The notes under the pieces were generated by a model that was not told the origin of the DNA, ran no database searches, and saw only the letters and a list, made by a program, of their open reading frames with translations. Both the position numbers and the translations under genes were made by a program. Shown piece by piece: positions 32,430 to 45,871 of a DNA stretch of 64,000 bases. Positions within the stretch are counted from its first letter, which is position 1, and each line of letters opens with the position of its first letter. Source of the DNA: Takakia lepidozioides (Eukaryota; Plantae; Bryophyta); the NCBI GenBank assembly GCA_030704615.1, contig CM060731.1, positions 76,508,001-76,572,000 on the forward strand, written 5' to 3'.

Positions 32430-34027
32430 GGTGAAGAGAAGATTGAATCTTAGAAGCTCAATATCTGGAAGAGCTATAGGTCTACTCACTGAATGGGGGT
32501 ATCTACAGTATAAAATCTATCACATCCAGCACCAAACAGCTCTCGGGCGACGTATACTCAACTTAACCCTTAGAAATTCCATTGAGCAGGCGGCAAACCG
32601 ACAACGTATCACCAAAAAGATCCAGGAAATGAATTACGAACTATCACGAACTGCACATTAGGACAGTCAAGGCACAGAGAGACGACGACTGAAACTTGTG
32701 CCTAAATTGCATAGCAATTTCAGCAAACCTTTCCTCAAAATTCTGTCATGCAGAAAAGAGGCTTGCACTGCAAAGAGATAATCATTAATCTTATTCGGGA
32801 CCGTGTGGCCAGCAGAGAGACGACGACTGTAGATCTCTGCCTTTCAGAGGGACAAAAATGTGCATTGCATAGAAATTTCAGAAAAACCTGGCATCCGCGT
32901 TTCAGAGCTCCAATTTGTTTCAAGCATAAAAAGGACTCGCACTTTGTCTCTCGAACAATTCCATCAAAACAGATCCCCGTAGTAACCTCCCGTGAGAACT
33001 GTGGCATTGCACAGAAGAGGGAACACAGAATTCGTAATCACATTTTTGGCGGGTTGCTTTTAGGGTTTATGGTACAGTACGTGTACTGCATCGTATATGT
33101 ATGTATCTCTTCTCATGGGAATCAAGTACATTTTACAAATACATCTATGTCTCTCTCCCATGAGTAACATATTAATACATCCATACGTCCTTCCAGAGAA
33201 ATAACCGAAAATGACATAAATTATTTTCGGAAAATATCTTGAGACCTCGTTTGGAGACCTCATTTGTCCAGCAGGGGTTGCCTAATCCTTCCAGCTTTTA
33301 TGAAGTACTCTGAGTCTACACAAAAGCAACCACTATTTTATGATCTAGTATGTTTTTGATAGAGTAACTGATCCCCTCTCCAGTCTTCTCTCCTTATGAA
33401 GCTCCAGATTCACAAACTATTGACTAGTACTCTAACAAATTTGTGACAACTCTCACTCAGTTGCTCAGGCTTCCCAGAGGCACCCTGTGACAGGCCTGAA
33501 GTCGGGGTGTTGACATCCCACAACTTAAAAGCGACAGGCAGTATGAAACCCACAATCTACAAACTGAGGCTGTCTATTTAGAACTGTGATGAGGATACCC
33601 TGCACTCTAAGGTACGGATGTCCTTCCGGCCCAGTGATACCCAGTCCAAAGATCCGGGTTTGGCCTTCAACCACCGCATCACCATTCTCTGCATGCACTT
33701 GTGGCAGCGTTTTTTCAAGCCCTGCAGCAGATCGTCGGCGGACACCATGAGGGTTTCCTTGTAAGCCATGAAAGATTTAAATGAATTGATGCCTGAAGCA
33801 CAGTGGTCCAAATTGCTCGTCACCAGGCATTGAGGGTAGTTGAGCAGTATCTGCATGAATGATGGACATCACAGAAGTCCAATATCTCTCTCAATATGCT
33901 GTTAGCTCTTTGTGTTCTCCACAAAAATGGAAATATTAAACATCCCAGAGAGGAGACAAAGATTTTGCCTCAATGTTTCGAAGCATTACAATGAACAGTT
34001 TCACAGCAAAACATGCAGTGAAAACAG

Positions 34028-34161
34028 CACCTTTGCTATCCAAACTATCTTACCTTGTCAAGCCAATATTACAATGCATGTCCATTGCAACACCTTTGCT
34101 ATCCAAACTATCTTACCTTGTCAAGCCAATATTACAATGCATGTCCATTGCAACACCTTTG
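34028..34161. repeat. Perfect 63-bp tandem duplication
   Basis: cacctttgctatccaaac...ccattgcaa at 34028 and 34091. Confidence 0.9.
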
Positions 34162-34220
34162 TTCCATGAGGTGACTGTCATGTGGAAGCCATAGTCCATG
34201 CATGCTTTCTCTGCTTTCTT

Positions 34221-34591
34221 CTCACAGCCCTACACAGGTCACAGGGTCACAGCCCCACAGGCTGCAGCCTGTCACAGCCCATCACAACCCCAAAGGCCAC
34301 AGACACAGCCTGTCACAGCCCTACCAAGGTCACAGGGTCACAGCCCCAAAGGCCACAGCCTATCACAGCCCCTCACAGCCCCATAGGCCACAGGGCACAG
34401 CCTGTCACAGCCCGTCACAGCCCCACAGGCCACAGGCCACAGCCTGTCACAGCCCCTCATAGCCCATCACAGCCCCATAGGCCATAGGGCACAACCTGTC
34501 ACAACCTGTCACAGCCCCTCACAGCCCCACAGGCCACTGGGCTTAGCCTGTCACAGCCCATCACAGCCCCATAGGCCACAGGGCACAGCCC
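34221..34591. repeat. Minisatellite built from CACAGCC/CACAGG motifs
   Basis: Dozens of cacagcc, ggccacag and ctgtcacagcc units. Confidence 0.9.
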
Positions 34592-36284
34592 GCCAATCAA
34601 TGTGAATTGGTATTGCCCCCCACTAATGGCCACTCAAGAAATCATCGCAGGACTCTTCGCCCATGAAGTGCATTTCCATGTGTGTGGGGGTCTACGCTGT
34701 AGTTGCTCAAACACCTGCAAGGTAAGATTGAGGCAGATGCTTCGGCTTTAGCATCTAAATACATGAGCAAATCAGGGTATGCCCATTGGTCCTGGTGTTA
34801 GCACTGTGGTTTGGGAGGATCTGAAAGTTTCAACCTCATGTGTAATACACCTTGCATTGAGTTTGGTGAGGTGGTCAACCTTCTCCTGCAAATTAGAAAA
34901 AGTTTAGGTTTTTAGCCAATAATTGCTCAGATTACCCTGCAGCAATCCGCCCCTTCAACAAGAAAAACGCTGCACTAGGAGGGAGGAACGCCTAACAAAT
35001 AGCTCTGAAATCCCAAGGTCTTCAACTCTAGACTTCTTCGAGGAAATTGTAACACTCTGATAAGACGTTGGTTGCCATGGACAACCAGCTAAAGCCTCTG
35101 ATTGTCATCTTCCAAGTTTCGTGCACACAAGGGTAATAATGGCAGTGAAGTACCTGGCATGACATATTTTCCAGTGGCATCAATAACAATGATACACACC
35201 CTCTGTTGCCTAGCCAGCATCAGCACTAGAAACATACTTTGCCTCAGTTAGGTACAACCAGAGACAACTTAGACTTGTATCCAAAACATAACATATTGGA
35301 ACCAAAGGCATCGCTTGTGCTTTTCTCAACGTGAAGAAGTCCCCAAGACAGAAAAGTTGCCCACAAGCAAAAAGCAGCAGACTGAACCCCCTGTAGGCAC
35401 ATCCCAGAAAACTCAGAAGGCAGAGACAGTTTGAGAGCTAGACAGGCCAAACATCCGACCCAGGAGAATGTTCGGGGAGAGACTGCCCAGCAGAAACCAG
35501 TGACTCGAAGTATCTTTAATATGCTGTCATCTATCTTCATCATTCAGTTTGCAAGGTCTACTACTGGCCTGAGATCGGAACTAAAAGGGGAAAATTTGCA
35601 AGAAAACACTAGTACACCATATGAAGAGAGGTCTAGTTACCGAGCACCGAAGAATAAAGTGGCAACCAATCTGAAATGCCCACTTCAATTCCAGATGCTC
35701 AGACATACATTTAAGTAAAGAGAGAGAGAGAGAGAGAAAACCCAGAGAGGGATGAGCAGGTGCCAGGATTTCATGACCAAGGTCTACTGGCTGCAGTTGA
35801 TTTAAGGCTGAGCCCTTTGGGGCACAACAAACAGGTCTCTAAATCAATACTGGAAACATAAGTTGGCTAACATTGGCTAACATTGGTATGCAAAGCTGGC
35901 ATAAGGAGATCAACAATGCAAATGCTATCTTAAGCAAATGCACAGAGGTACACCCAATCACATCCATACACAAAAACGGCTAGCAACAATGAATCTTTTT
36001 GCTGAGGCACTGAGCACCTGATGAAAAAAATTGCAGTGCTGTGTGTTACATCTCATGGGGTCATTCCTTAAATGGTCCCATCCCTCTGGCAGGTACTCTG
36101 AAGGTATTGGACAGAAGGCCTTAAAGTGGGGGCGCATGCTCTACCACGATCTAGCTCATATGTACACACTAGCAAGGCTCACTTAATATACACATCGTAC
36201 ATGCCCTTGAGTAGGCCCAGGGATTGAAAATCCCGCATCACTCTCCATTCACAGAAATCCGCATCAGTAGAACGCTGATATAAC

Positions 36285-37418
36285 CTAAAGAATCACATAG
36301 CAAAGGCAAAGGAAGGCACCAATGCCACTAACAACTGCGGCGGTGTCAAGGCGACCTTCGTGCTGGATCCTTTCCTCCTTCATCACGCTTTGCACCTTTA
36401 GATACTGGTGGTAAGAGTCCAAAACTTCTGCATGGTCTTTGCTTTTGTCGCAAGTCAAGGCCCTGGAAAGTGTTAGGAGACTATCCCTCCCATTCAAGTG
36501 GGTACCTTCCATATCTTCTAACTGCATGCTGAGTTCCGTTAAACGCAGGGTTGTCTTGACAGAGTCCCCAACGCCAGTGTTCGAAAATCTGCATTTCATG
36601 ACAATATTGCACTGGTATGCTACCAGCGAAGTATCTTTGCCCGCAGGAAGGATGGATCCAAAACGAAGCAGAAAGTCTTCGTCACAAGGCCAATGCCGCT
36701 GCCCTACGAGTGGCCGCCAACTCGCAAGATTAGCCATTTGTTTGGTCTTCTTATTGATCAAAATCCAGCTGACTCTCAGGTTGTCCCACAGCGCTTTCCA
36801 AAACTTCCCGTCCTTTCTCTCCTTCCCCACAGATGTGATGGAAGGCAGGTCCGCCATAACTGTCACGCCTTCGAGCTTCTGTTGGTCTCCATCATCTTCT
36901 TCAGGAGACTTAAGTAGATCCACTCTAAAAGGACAATTCGAAAACCAGCCAAGAAAATCGTCCGCTCCAGGAATACCTAAAACAGTTCTTGAGAGTACAG
37001 ATTCTCCCTTGTACACCACATCGACAATGGAGATAAAATGAGATGCAGAAAGATCCGAGGGCACTTCATCGACTCCGTCATCGAGGTCCCACCACGTCTC
37101 ACACTCCGTCAGACCAAACTCCTCTTCCTTCGCAACGGCCTCCTTGCTGATGATAAGAGGGTAGCAGGATGCATAAAACTTACGGAACCCTCCCATCGAC
37201 GAGACAATGGACTTGACATGCGGGTCCTTGGTCGAGGGCCACCGCGAGATACACATCCTTTCCCACAAAGCCTCATCCTCACACAAATACCGAAATCCAG
37301 AGCTTGCACAGCTTGCTGTGGCCAGAGTCACTGCATCCAGCCGCCTCAAAACTTCATACACGAGGTCATCACTCAAGGTTCTTCCATCTTTTCTCCCTAC
37401 TTCTCGGCGAAGCGCCAT
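36285..37418 (-). CDS. Intronless plant F-box protein with a C-terminal hydrophobic tail (377 aa)
   Basis: F-box LSDDLVYEVLRRLDAVTLATASCASS...LWERMCISRWPST; family motifs FISIVDVVYKG, WFSNCPFRVDLL, LRVSWILIN, QMANLASWRP and LNGRDSLLTL; first ATG at 37418. Confidence 0.88.
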   Translation of the reverse strand: MALRREVGRKDGRTLSDDLVYEVLRRLDAVTLATASCASSGFRYLCEDEALWERMCISRWPSTKDPHVKSIVSSMGGFRKFYASCYPLIISKEAVAKEEEFGLTECETWWDLDDGVDEVPSDLSASHFISIVDVVYKGESVLSRTVLGIPGADDFLGWFSNCPFRVDLLKSPEEDDGDQQKLEGVTVMADLPSITSVGKERKDGKFWKALWDNLRVSWILINKKTKQMANLASWRPLVGQRHWPCDEDFLLRFGSILPAGKDTSLVAYQCNIVMKCRFSNTGVGDSVKTTLRLTELSMQLEDMEGTHLNGRDSLLTLSRALTCDKSKDHAEVLDSYHQYLKVQSVMKEERIQHEGRLDTAAVVSGIGAFLCLCYVIL

Positions 37419-39821
37419 AGAATCCTTACTCCCCGGTCCCAAAAAGATAAGTACTGAACACAGATGACGATTGGAACCAGCCAACCGTAAGACATGCGAC
37501 GATAGAAAGACAATGACGCGCTTGCTTGTTAAGCACAGCTTAAAATGAATCAACACCCAGAGCGTTCTCTCTCCAACTTCTGAGATTACAGAACAGATCT
37601 TCACAGATCTCTAGAGCACAACACGCGAGGCCGGAAGAGATTGATCGAGCAAGCGAGAGGAACAAGTGCAGTAACACTAGCCAGAGCGTTCCAGCTATAA
37701 AGGCCATGGCGCTCCATGGCCCACAGCTCTCCCGGTCACATCCGATGGGCTTCTACACTTCATCCATCCATCCTCGTGCCAGAATATAGTCGCAATAAAG
37801 GTGGCATCAGTTTAATGACACCGCCGTACTTGCGTGCAGGCAGGCCGGGAATTACATCACCCCCACCCCGCCGGACGGCCCACCCACCCCTGTCAAATCA
37901 CCTCCAGCCACTCCCCAATCGGCACAGCAGGGAGGGCCGGGAGTACCACCAATGTCAAATCAGCCCCAGCCACTCCCCATCGCCGCTCCGTCGGTTCGGC
38001 GCCTGCATCATTGCCGGCTCTGATTTCCCTCGTTGATCTTCCCCACTGTGATCATGTATTAGAATTATGGCCACCGGCCATTATCTAACGTGTATTTCCT
38101 GGCGTTTGTAGCCCCAAATGCTATCAGAGCTGCGATAGCCAAACAAGACTTGCCACGTTGTGAAATAGGGCAAAACTCTCTTTGACAAGTGAAGGGCCAA
38201 ACCCTGCGAAACGTTGGGCTATAGTACGATCCCATGTCGGATTACGTTGTTCGTAAGTGGCAGTGCAACATTCCGCCAGGGGGGGAAGAAGGCGGTGGTT
38301 GATCATGTGATTGCCGGTTTTTTTTTTTTTTTTATTTTTATTTTTATTTTTACTTTTAGAAATCAATTACATATAGGGGATGAGTGTCAATATCATAGAA
38401 TCAAATGGTTATCCTTAGGCTGGCCATGTGATCCCGCAAGCCTTGCCTCGTGGCAGCACGATATTCCATCACAAAGATAAAAATATTGAAGCCCTCGAAG
38501 GAGAACTGCCATGGCAAAACCCTATGGCTCCTCTCACTATAATTAAGGGGCCTGATTTGTGAGCGGTCGCTCCTGGGTATTTCCCTTAAAAACATTTTTT
38601 TCTTAAAAACCCAATGCCAGGAGAACTGCCTGCTGATGGCAATTGTGTGGTACAAAACGAACGTGCGGAGGAGGCGAGGGAGGAGGTGGGGAAGATTTGA
38701 TAGGTGAAATCCACCCGTGTAGGCCTGCTTTTCCGGCGTGACATTGTACACTTCCATTGAGCTCGAGCCACATTGTTATTGTGACTGTACAACGGGATTG
38801 GGTAACCTGAGTACCAACTAATGCGTACCCGCCACGCATCTTCGTAACTCATCCTTCTACGGGGAATATTCTAATAAGTATTCCTCATCCACGCAGTCTT
38901 GACCTGACTTTCCATATGTGGCTATTGTATAGTTCAGATTCTCATGGTGACCAAACAAGATCACACATGTGCCCGACAGTTGTTTTGCAACTTCGTGGAA
39001 CTAATTTGAAATCATATTTCAAATGAAACGGCAGCACTTATCTGGTACAGAGCTAGCATGTTCTAGAAGACGGTGCCATCTTCTCTGCATTTTCTATTTA
39101 TAGATATTTATATTGAGGATCTTCTTATCCAAAAGTTACAGCCTAGATACCTAGATATGTGTAATGTTGTGGTGCTTGCAAATTTAAACCTTGTCACAAA
39201 TTCAAACCGGCCGTGTCACACTTACTTACAATCCTACCAATTCGGAAAAATCATTTCTCACATTGTAATGTTTTTTTTGTGTAAGTTGCGTAACATTTTC
39301 CTAGGCGACCGGCCGTCACCACTATATATATACACAAACTCACAAGGATACACACTTGCGGGCGGAGTGACTTACTCCCTCTAACTATAACCTCTTTCCA
39401 AATAATCTCGCAATAGCAGTGGCCAACAAGGATTTTATGGGAAACCACTTCAATGTCATCTTGTATTTCAACCAATTAGAAAGCCGTGTGAACTTGTGGA
39501 CCTACATTGTAGTTGAAGATGTGCTAGATCCAACCACAAATCTTACTGTGTCGTGATTCTCGGAAGGACATATCTGATTATGTTTCCACTAGTTAGACTC
39601 TGTTCCATGTGATATTTTAGTAAGAAATGGAAACAAGATGTCGGCATAGCTAGAAGTTTTCAGCTACTGTCCTTTGGGATGGTTTTGTACCCCTTCCCTA
39701 GGTTATGTGGCCCTTGAGCCTTGTGGTTGGGTGCTCATGCGGTGGTACTTGCAAAGAGGTTAGCTCTTTCTCTTGCTGTGGAGCCTGATTTCTGAGAAAT
39801 CGTTCCAAGTGTTTCTCTTTG

Positions 39822-39910
39822 AGCAGGTAGCCCAGTGGTTGGGTGTTTGTGCCTTGCCTATGCATAACCTAGGTGATCTTGGGTTCAATCCTTCAACATG
39901 TGCCTTCAGA
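39822..39910 (+). mobile_element. tRNA-derived SINE-like head, family B
   Basis: A-box TAGCCCAGTGG and B-box GGTTCAATCC without a proper cloverleaf. Confidence 0.45.
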
Positions 39911-41590
39911 CCGTCCATTGGGCCCTCAATGGCCTGTGTGTTGAGTAGTAGGCTCTGTAAATTCACTGGATGTTAAAGAAACTTTATCTTTATCTTTAAG
40001 TAGATTAAAGTAAAAAACAATGACTCCTGCTGAAGCTGGTGTAAATAGGAGCCACTCCGGCCTTGCGGCTGATATGTCCCTTTTGAACGGGCCCTGTACA
40101 TTAAATTAAATTTAAAGGGAATAGTGTCTGGTGGCCAACGCCACACATGGCGCATCCATAATCGTACATGTTTTTTTTTTTTTTTTTAAAATAAACGACG
40201 CCTCATAAAGGAAGTGTAAATTATAGTGTGTCTGGATGTCTTGACCCCCAAGGGCTACTGCCTTCTGGGAAGAAGGTGGATATCTTTGCAACACAAAAGG
40301 TGGTTTAAACCAGTGTTGGGCGGGTATGACAATTTGGGCATATTTGAAGGGTCCTGGTAAGGCATCTTTGTTTAAATCGGTAAGGAGGCGGTTATATATA
40401 ATGTAGGGGTTTGGAAATTGTGGCGGATAGAGGTTATCAATAGAAGTGTCCCCCAAAAAAAGTTCTCAAGTTATGAATATGCCATTATCCAAGGGGAAGA
40501 CCACGGGTCCCATACAACGGTTATCAATATAACCTGATTTTCAGTTATGATACATTAAGATTTTAAGAGGACCAAAAAGAAAGAAAAAAACAAACAAAAT
40601 GAAATATGAAGAATCACAATTAACCCTTAAGTTCCCAAGCCCTTTTTTGACTTTTTACCAATTTTGAGTACCCAGCTGCAGTAAATTGCCCCTAGAAACC
40701 TACCAAAAATCATCCACAGATTCCAGCCTTATAGCAATGGGCCAGCTCATTTATGCATGACATACCAAAAAATGAGCCAAGTCCACCGTGGAAATTGTGA
40801 GATCATAGCGTTGGCCCGGACCTCAAATATGAGGTCCCAAAGAAAAAGTGAGAAAGAAATAGGTTTGACCAAATCAAAACCTAGCTTTATCCAATTTTGC
40901 TTGCCCCAAGACCCACCATTTCCAAATCAATAGTGGAGTGGCCATGACCCCACTAAATTGCAGGGCCAACTGATTTTTGCACCTATGGTTGCTTTGCATG
41001 CAATTACATGGGGATAGAAATCTCAAAATTGACAAGAGAAAATGTGCCTCCAAATGAAGTACTTTTTTTTCTACAAATTTTTTAAAAGCCAATGGTGGAT
41101 GTGTGTATGTAATGCTCACACACCACAAGTGAAGTGTTTTTTCCAAAATTGCTAATTTTCTCCCAAAAATGGCCTTTGGAGTGCAATCTGTTTTGGGCTT
41201 GTTTACCTGCCACGTCAGCGGTCAACAGCCCATTTCAGGCCCCAAAATGTAAATTAAAGATCATGCAATTTTATGTTTCTCATTTTTTATTTATTTTTTC
41301 CACATCAAAACTTGTAATTTTTTTGAAAACTTGTAAATTTAAATAAAAAAAATCGAAATCGCCATTTAGTTTAGCGAATTTTCAGCGATGCACAATAATT
41401 CAACTAATAAAACATTCCGTGGGAAAGTTTGTGTGCAAAGTTAGATTTTTGATGTAAGAGAATTAACCCACAATTTGTAGCTGATCTTGTGCAGTGCCTA
41501 CCCACATATATATTCGTATTGCTAATAAGTCAATTCCAATTGTGCTCAAGGAGCAGTGTTTTTAAATCTGGCGAAAGATCGCCAGATTTC

Positions 41591-41852
41591 GACCTGGAAA
41601 ATGGGTCGGCTACTTTTATAAAGGAATTTTGGGAGTAAAAATTTGCCAGAAATAAAAGTTCGCCAGAAAGCGCCAATGGTTAAATATCAGGAACTAGAAC
41701 TTTCCTACCTAGACCTGTTAAAATATTTCGACTGGAAAATGGGTCGCTATTTTTATAAAGGAATTTTGGGAGGAAAAATCAAAAAATTCTCCAGAAAGCG
41801 CAAATGGTTAAATATCAGGAGCTAGAACTTTCCTACGTGAACTTGTTAAAAT
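41591..41852. repeat. Diverged ~138-bp tandem duplication in an AT-rich, TE-like region
   Basis: ctggaaaatgggtcg...aaaggaattttgggag...aatggttaaatatcagga.ctagaactttcctac...tgttaaaat occurs twice. Confidence 0.8.
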
Positions 41853-42243
41853 GTGACACCTGTTATATAGCCACTTTTCTAAGCCTGCCACCTTGCCGCG
41901 TGGGCACTGGATAGAATTTACATGTAGCCTTTGTGGCGATTTTGGAAAAGTGAAAAAAAAAACATTGTCAGGGAGTCACATTCTTTCAAATAAGAAGATA
42001 GAAATAGATACAATAAATTTATTAAATGATAAAAATTTACATAGCAGTTATGGTATGTACGGTCTCACTGTAAATGTGCCTTGGAAAGCAAAATACGGAC
42101 ATTGTCACATCTGCCAACAACCGCCCAGATGCCATCCAAAAAGAACGATAACCCGAGAATTCATGAAAAGTACTTTAGATTCGATCTTTTCCCAGATTCT
42201 ATATTACAGAAATTGAAACTATTACCTAGTACTAATATCTAGG

Positions 42244-42370
42244 CTATTAGTACTATTAGTACTAATATTTATTTATTCAAAATACATAAAATAATCAATG
42301 AATGGTCTATTAGTACTATTAGTACTAATATTTATTTATTCAAAATACATAAAATAATCAATGAATGGTC
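42244..42370. repeat. Perfect 63-bp tandem duplication
   Basis: ctattagtactattagtactaatattt...gaatggt at 42244 and 42307. Confidence 0.9.
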
Positions 42371-42625
42371 AAGTCCGAAATCGACATATAGTCAGTAGAC
42401 GATAATATTTTGTGTTTTAATCCACTAGTTTGCGACTAATCTTGACAGGTTGTTGAAACTTTGGCATATATTGTGCGTTTTAATCTATTAATCTACCACT
42501 GAATCTCTTAAAGGATGAAATTCGTCGACACCCAGAGTTTCAAACATGGGAAGGGCCTTGGGTTGACCCTTCCCCTGCAGTCCCTACGTGAAAAAGTGGC
42601 TGGAAGGTCCGCACCATTCCAAGAT

Positions 42626-42782
42626 GGTGGATTGTTCCACCAGGTAAGCATCCCAAAAATACAAAGGAAAAATCCTGCCACTTGTGTAAGCGGATTATTA
42701 GAAGGTGTGCGCGGCAAGGAGGGTGGATTGTTCTACCAGGTAAGCATCCCTGAAATACAAAGGAAAATTCCTGCCACTTGTA
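42626..42782. repeat. ~60-bp direct repeat, period ~96 bp
   Basis: ggtggattgttc.accaggtaagcatccc..aaatacaaaggaaaa.tcctgccacttgt occurs twice. Confidence 0.8.
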
Positions 42783-43435
42783 GAGAGAGAGAAGACTCAT
42801 GCCAAAGCCGGTGTACCTAAGAGCCACTTCGCCTTGCAACTACTATCCCTTTTAGGGGTGGGCCCTACTACCACTTGTATAAGAGGATTAGAAGCTTGGG
42901 CAGAAAGAAACTCCACCGAAAGTTTGACATGACAAGTCACATCGACTTAAACCCAATGGGATGCATGCAGCCTTCATATTAGACTATACACATTTCCTAA
43001 ATAGGTTGGCCAGATGTCTATGGAGTGTTATAGACATCTTTCGCACGTGCTTTCAAAAGAAAAAAGAAATTTTGGGTTGGATTTATTACAATTATTCTTG
43101 TTATTTCTCAAAAGGTGTGGTAGAGGGGGTCAAATTGAACCTGATTCATTAATTAATTTTTGGGTATTCCGAATAAGGATAAAGGTCCCAAACTTTGGAA
43201 AGGGTTATTTTTTAAGGTAAAAAAGGAAGAGCAATGGAGTGGCTAATGGGGAGGGCTGCAAGTGGGTGTTGGAATGGCTAATATATGGGGCTATGTGGAG
43301 AGGAGAGCAGAGAAGTAGGATAGGCGTTGGGGTGGCATGGTGAGCCCTCCTTCTAAATCGAAGTAGGATGAGGGTGGCCTCCATTCTAGTACCTAGACTC
43401 CATCACCTCTTATAATCGGAGGGGGAGGGCTATGC

Positions 43436-45815
43436 TACATAGGGCTTCCCGTCCTGCATGAGTACACCCCCGATTGCGAAGTCCGACGCATCTGTATGAA
43501 TCTCAAATGGACGGTCGAACTCCGGGATTTCCAGAACTGGAGCTTCCGCCATCCGCTGCTTCAACTCGGCAAAAGCTTGGCCACAAAAGGTGTTCCATAC
43601 CCAAACTTTCTCACATACTTTCGGTAATAGGAGACAAATCCTAGGAATGATCGCACTCCCGGGACCGAAGTCGGAGGCTCCTAGTCCAAGATCACCCTCA
43701 CTTTTCTGTCATCCATTTTTGATCCCATCCTGTGTAATCACATGCCCTAGGAACTCCACTTTTGTGACCCCGAATTCGCACTTTGAAGCTTTGGCATACA
43801 GCTTCCCTTCCCGTAATTTTTTGGAACACCCTTTTGAGGTGCTCCAAGTGTTCTTCCTTTGTTTTCGAGTACACCAAGATGTCGTCGATATATACGATCA
43901 CAAAAACATCCAACCACTCCTGGAAAAGGTTGTTCATTAGCGTACTAAAGATCGCGGGTGCATTGGTGAGCCCAAAAGGCATCACCAAGAACTCATATGA
44001 ACCATATCTTGTCATGCACGCAGTCTTCTCCTCATTTCCTTCCGCCACTCGGATTTGATGGTAACCCGAGCGCAAATCGATTCGGCTAAAATACTTTGCT
44101 CCTGCTAACCAATCGAAGAGGTCATCGATCTTTGGCAGAGGGTACCGGTTTTTTGTAGTCACCTTATTCAGAGCCCTGTAATCGACACACATCCGTAGCG
44201 GCCCATCTTTCTTGTCTGCGAATAGCACCGGGGCTCCGTAAGGTGACTTACTTGGCCGGATGTACCCCTTTGACATTAGATCCTTGAGTTGGGCCTTCAA
44301 CTCGACCAACTCTCTGTGCCTCAACCGGTAGGGCGCCTTGGCAGGCGGCTCCGATCCCGGTATCACCTGTATCTTGTGGTCAACTCCTCTTCGCGGTGGC
44401 AAGCCGCTTGGTAAATCCTCCGGCATCACATCCTGGTATTTCTCCAAGATCATCTTGATCCAATCTGGGCTCGGCTCCCCATCGACTTCTCCTTCCACTT
44501 GTCTTACGTAAAGCAAAAACTGGGGCTCGTGTGGCTCCTCCACGGCCCACTCATTTGCTGACAGCAGGTTTATTCGCCCTCCCACTCGGTTAGGCGTTTC
44601 CGATACGTTTTACGCCACCATTCCCACACGGTAGTGTGACTATTCTCTTGCGGCCATCTATGACCGCTCCGGATTTGTTCAAAAATGTCATCCCCAAATT
44701 GAGATCCACTCCATCGATCTCGCAAATGTTGAAGTTCTCACGTCCCTCCCAACCCCCGAGCTAAAGAAAAACATCGAACGTCAACCTCGTCGCCAGTTGT
44801 GGTTGTTCTTTGGCAGAACGCACTTCAATAGAGGCCCCCACATCACTTGTTGGGAGCCCCAGCTTCCGTGCCGTTGTTAGTGTCATGAAGGAGTACGACG
44901 CTCCTATGTCCACCAACAACGACACGTTAGTTCCGAAAATTATCCCACTCACGAACATTAACTGACTCCCTTTACGCAAGGGGCCAGTCTCCTGATACAA
45001 CTCACAAGAGTAGTTGCCTACCTTGCAAGTCTTGGCAACCACCGCACCAGGAGGCTGATGGAATCTTCGGACAGCTCCGTGGTCGTCCGAGTCATGTTCA
45101 ATTGTCGGGGTTTTGCGCACTTCTTGGCCATGAGCCCGGACTCCCCGCAATTAAAGCACACTCCATCGAAGGTTGCCTTCTGTCCGCCATAAGCCGCCGC
45201 ATCTGATTTTCCTTTCGGAGCACCGGGTGCCGCCTTGACGTGTGAAGGCCCTCCCTTCAATTTCCATGTGTCATTGTCGCCGTGTGGTCTATCCCACTTC
45301 TTTTCCGGTTGGAATGAATCTCCCTCCTGCCGGGTCTTCTTGTAGTTCAACTCCGTACGGCCTTGTTTTTCGCCCCTAGGGACATCCGAGAAACATTCAC
45401 CCCTTTCAATTGCCTCGTTCAAAGTCTTAGGTGACCTCTCCTCCAACTTCCGCCTTGCCCATGGAGCCAGTTCCGCCACAAAATTGAAGACCATTTCTGG
45501 TTCTGCCATGTCCGCGATTTCGAACAACAGCACATTAAAAGCCTGAACATATCCCCGAATGTCATCCGTTTTCTTCAAATTCATCATCTTGTCCCGGACG
45601 AGCCAAGACGTGATGAGAGACACAAACTGTCTTTTCATAAGTTCCTTGAACCCACTCCAGCTCAAGGATTCTGGGTTTGGACCTTGGTCATGAAGGTGTT
45701 TCTGCCACCATTGTTGAGCATAGCCCCTCAAATAGGTGGGAGCCACTTCCACCCGATCCTCGTCACTCAACTTGGCCGCCCGAAAGTACTGCTCCAGCTC
45801 CAACAGCCAGGTATT
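43436..45815 (-). mobile_element. Ty3/gypsy (chromovirus-like) internal region: gag, protease, RT and partial RNase H; degenerate and 3'-truncated
   Basis: WLLELEQYF...QQWW and CFNCGESG (gag); LVDIGASYSF (protease); [37 protein letters not shown] and [10 protein letters not shown] (RT); IHTDASDFAIGGVLMQ (RNase H). Confidence 0.93.
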
Positions 45816-45871
45816 GTGTGCATTCATATATTGGCAATTAGTAATGTCATCAACTCAATTAACTTATAGAT

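Larger units (their letters stand above)
33608..34700 (-). pseudogene. Dihydropyrimidinase (PYD2-like) exon relics at ~34700-34595 and 33792-33608
   Basis: VDPHTH / MEMHFMGEESCDDFLSGH...HID and GINSFKSFMAYKETLMVSADDLLQGLKK / VHAENGDAVVEGQTRIFGLGITGPEGH match plant dihydropyrimidinase motifs; frameshifts and a stop are present. Confidence 0.85.

Noticed and set aside
36439-37467. Plus-strand ORFs over the F-box gene, and similar ones over the PPR, germin and LINE sequences
   Set aside because: They are antisense shadows of real coding sequence with no recognisable motifs
37419-37604. 62-aa N-terminal extension of the F-box ORF in the ORF track
   Set aside because: It starts at a non-ATG codon; the ATG at 37418 directly precedes the F-box as expected
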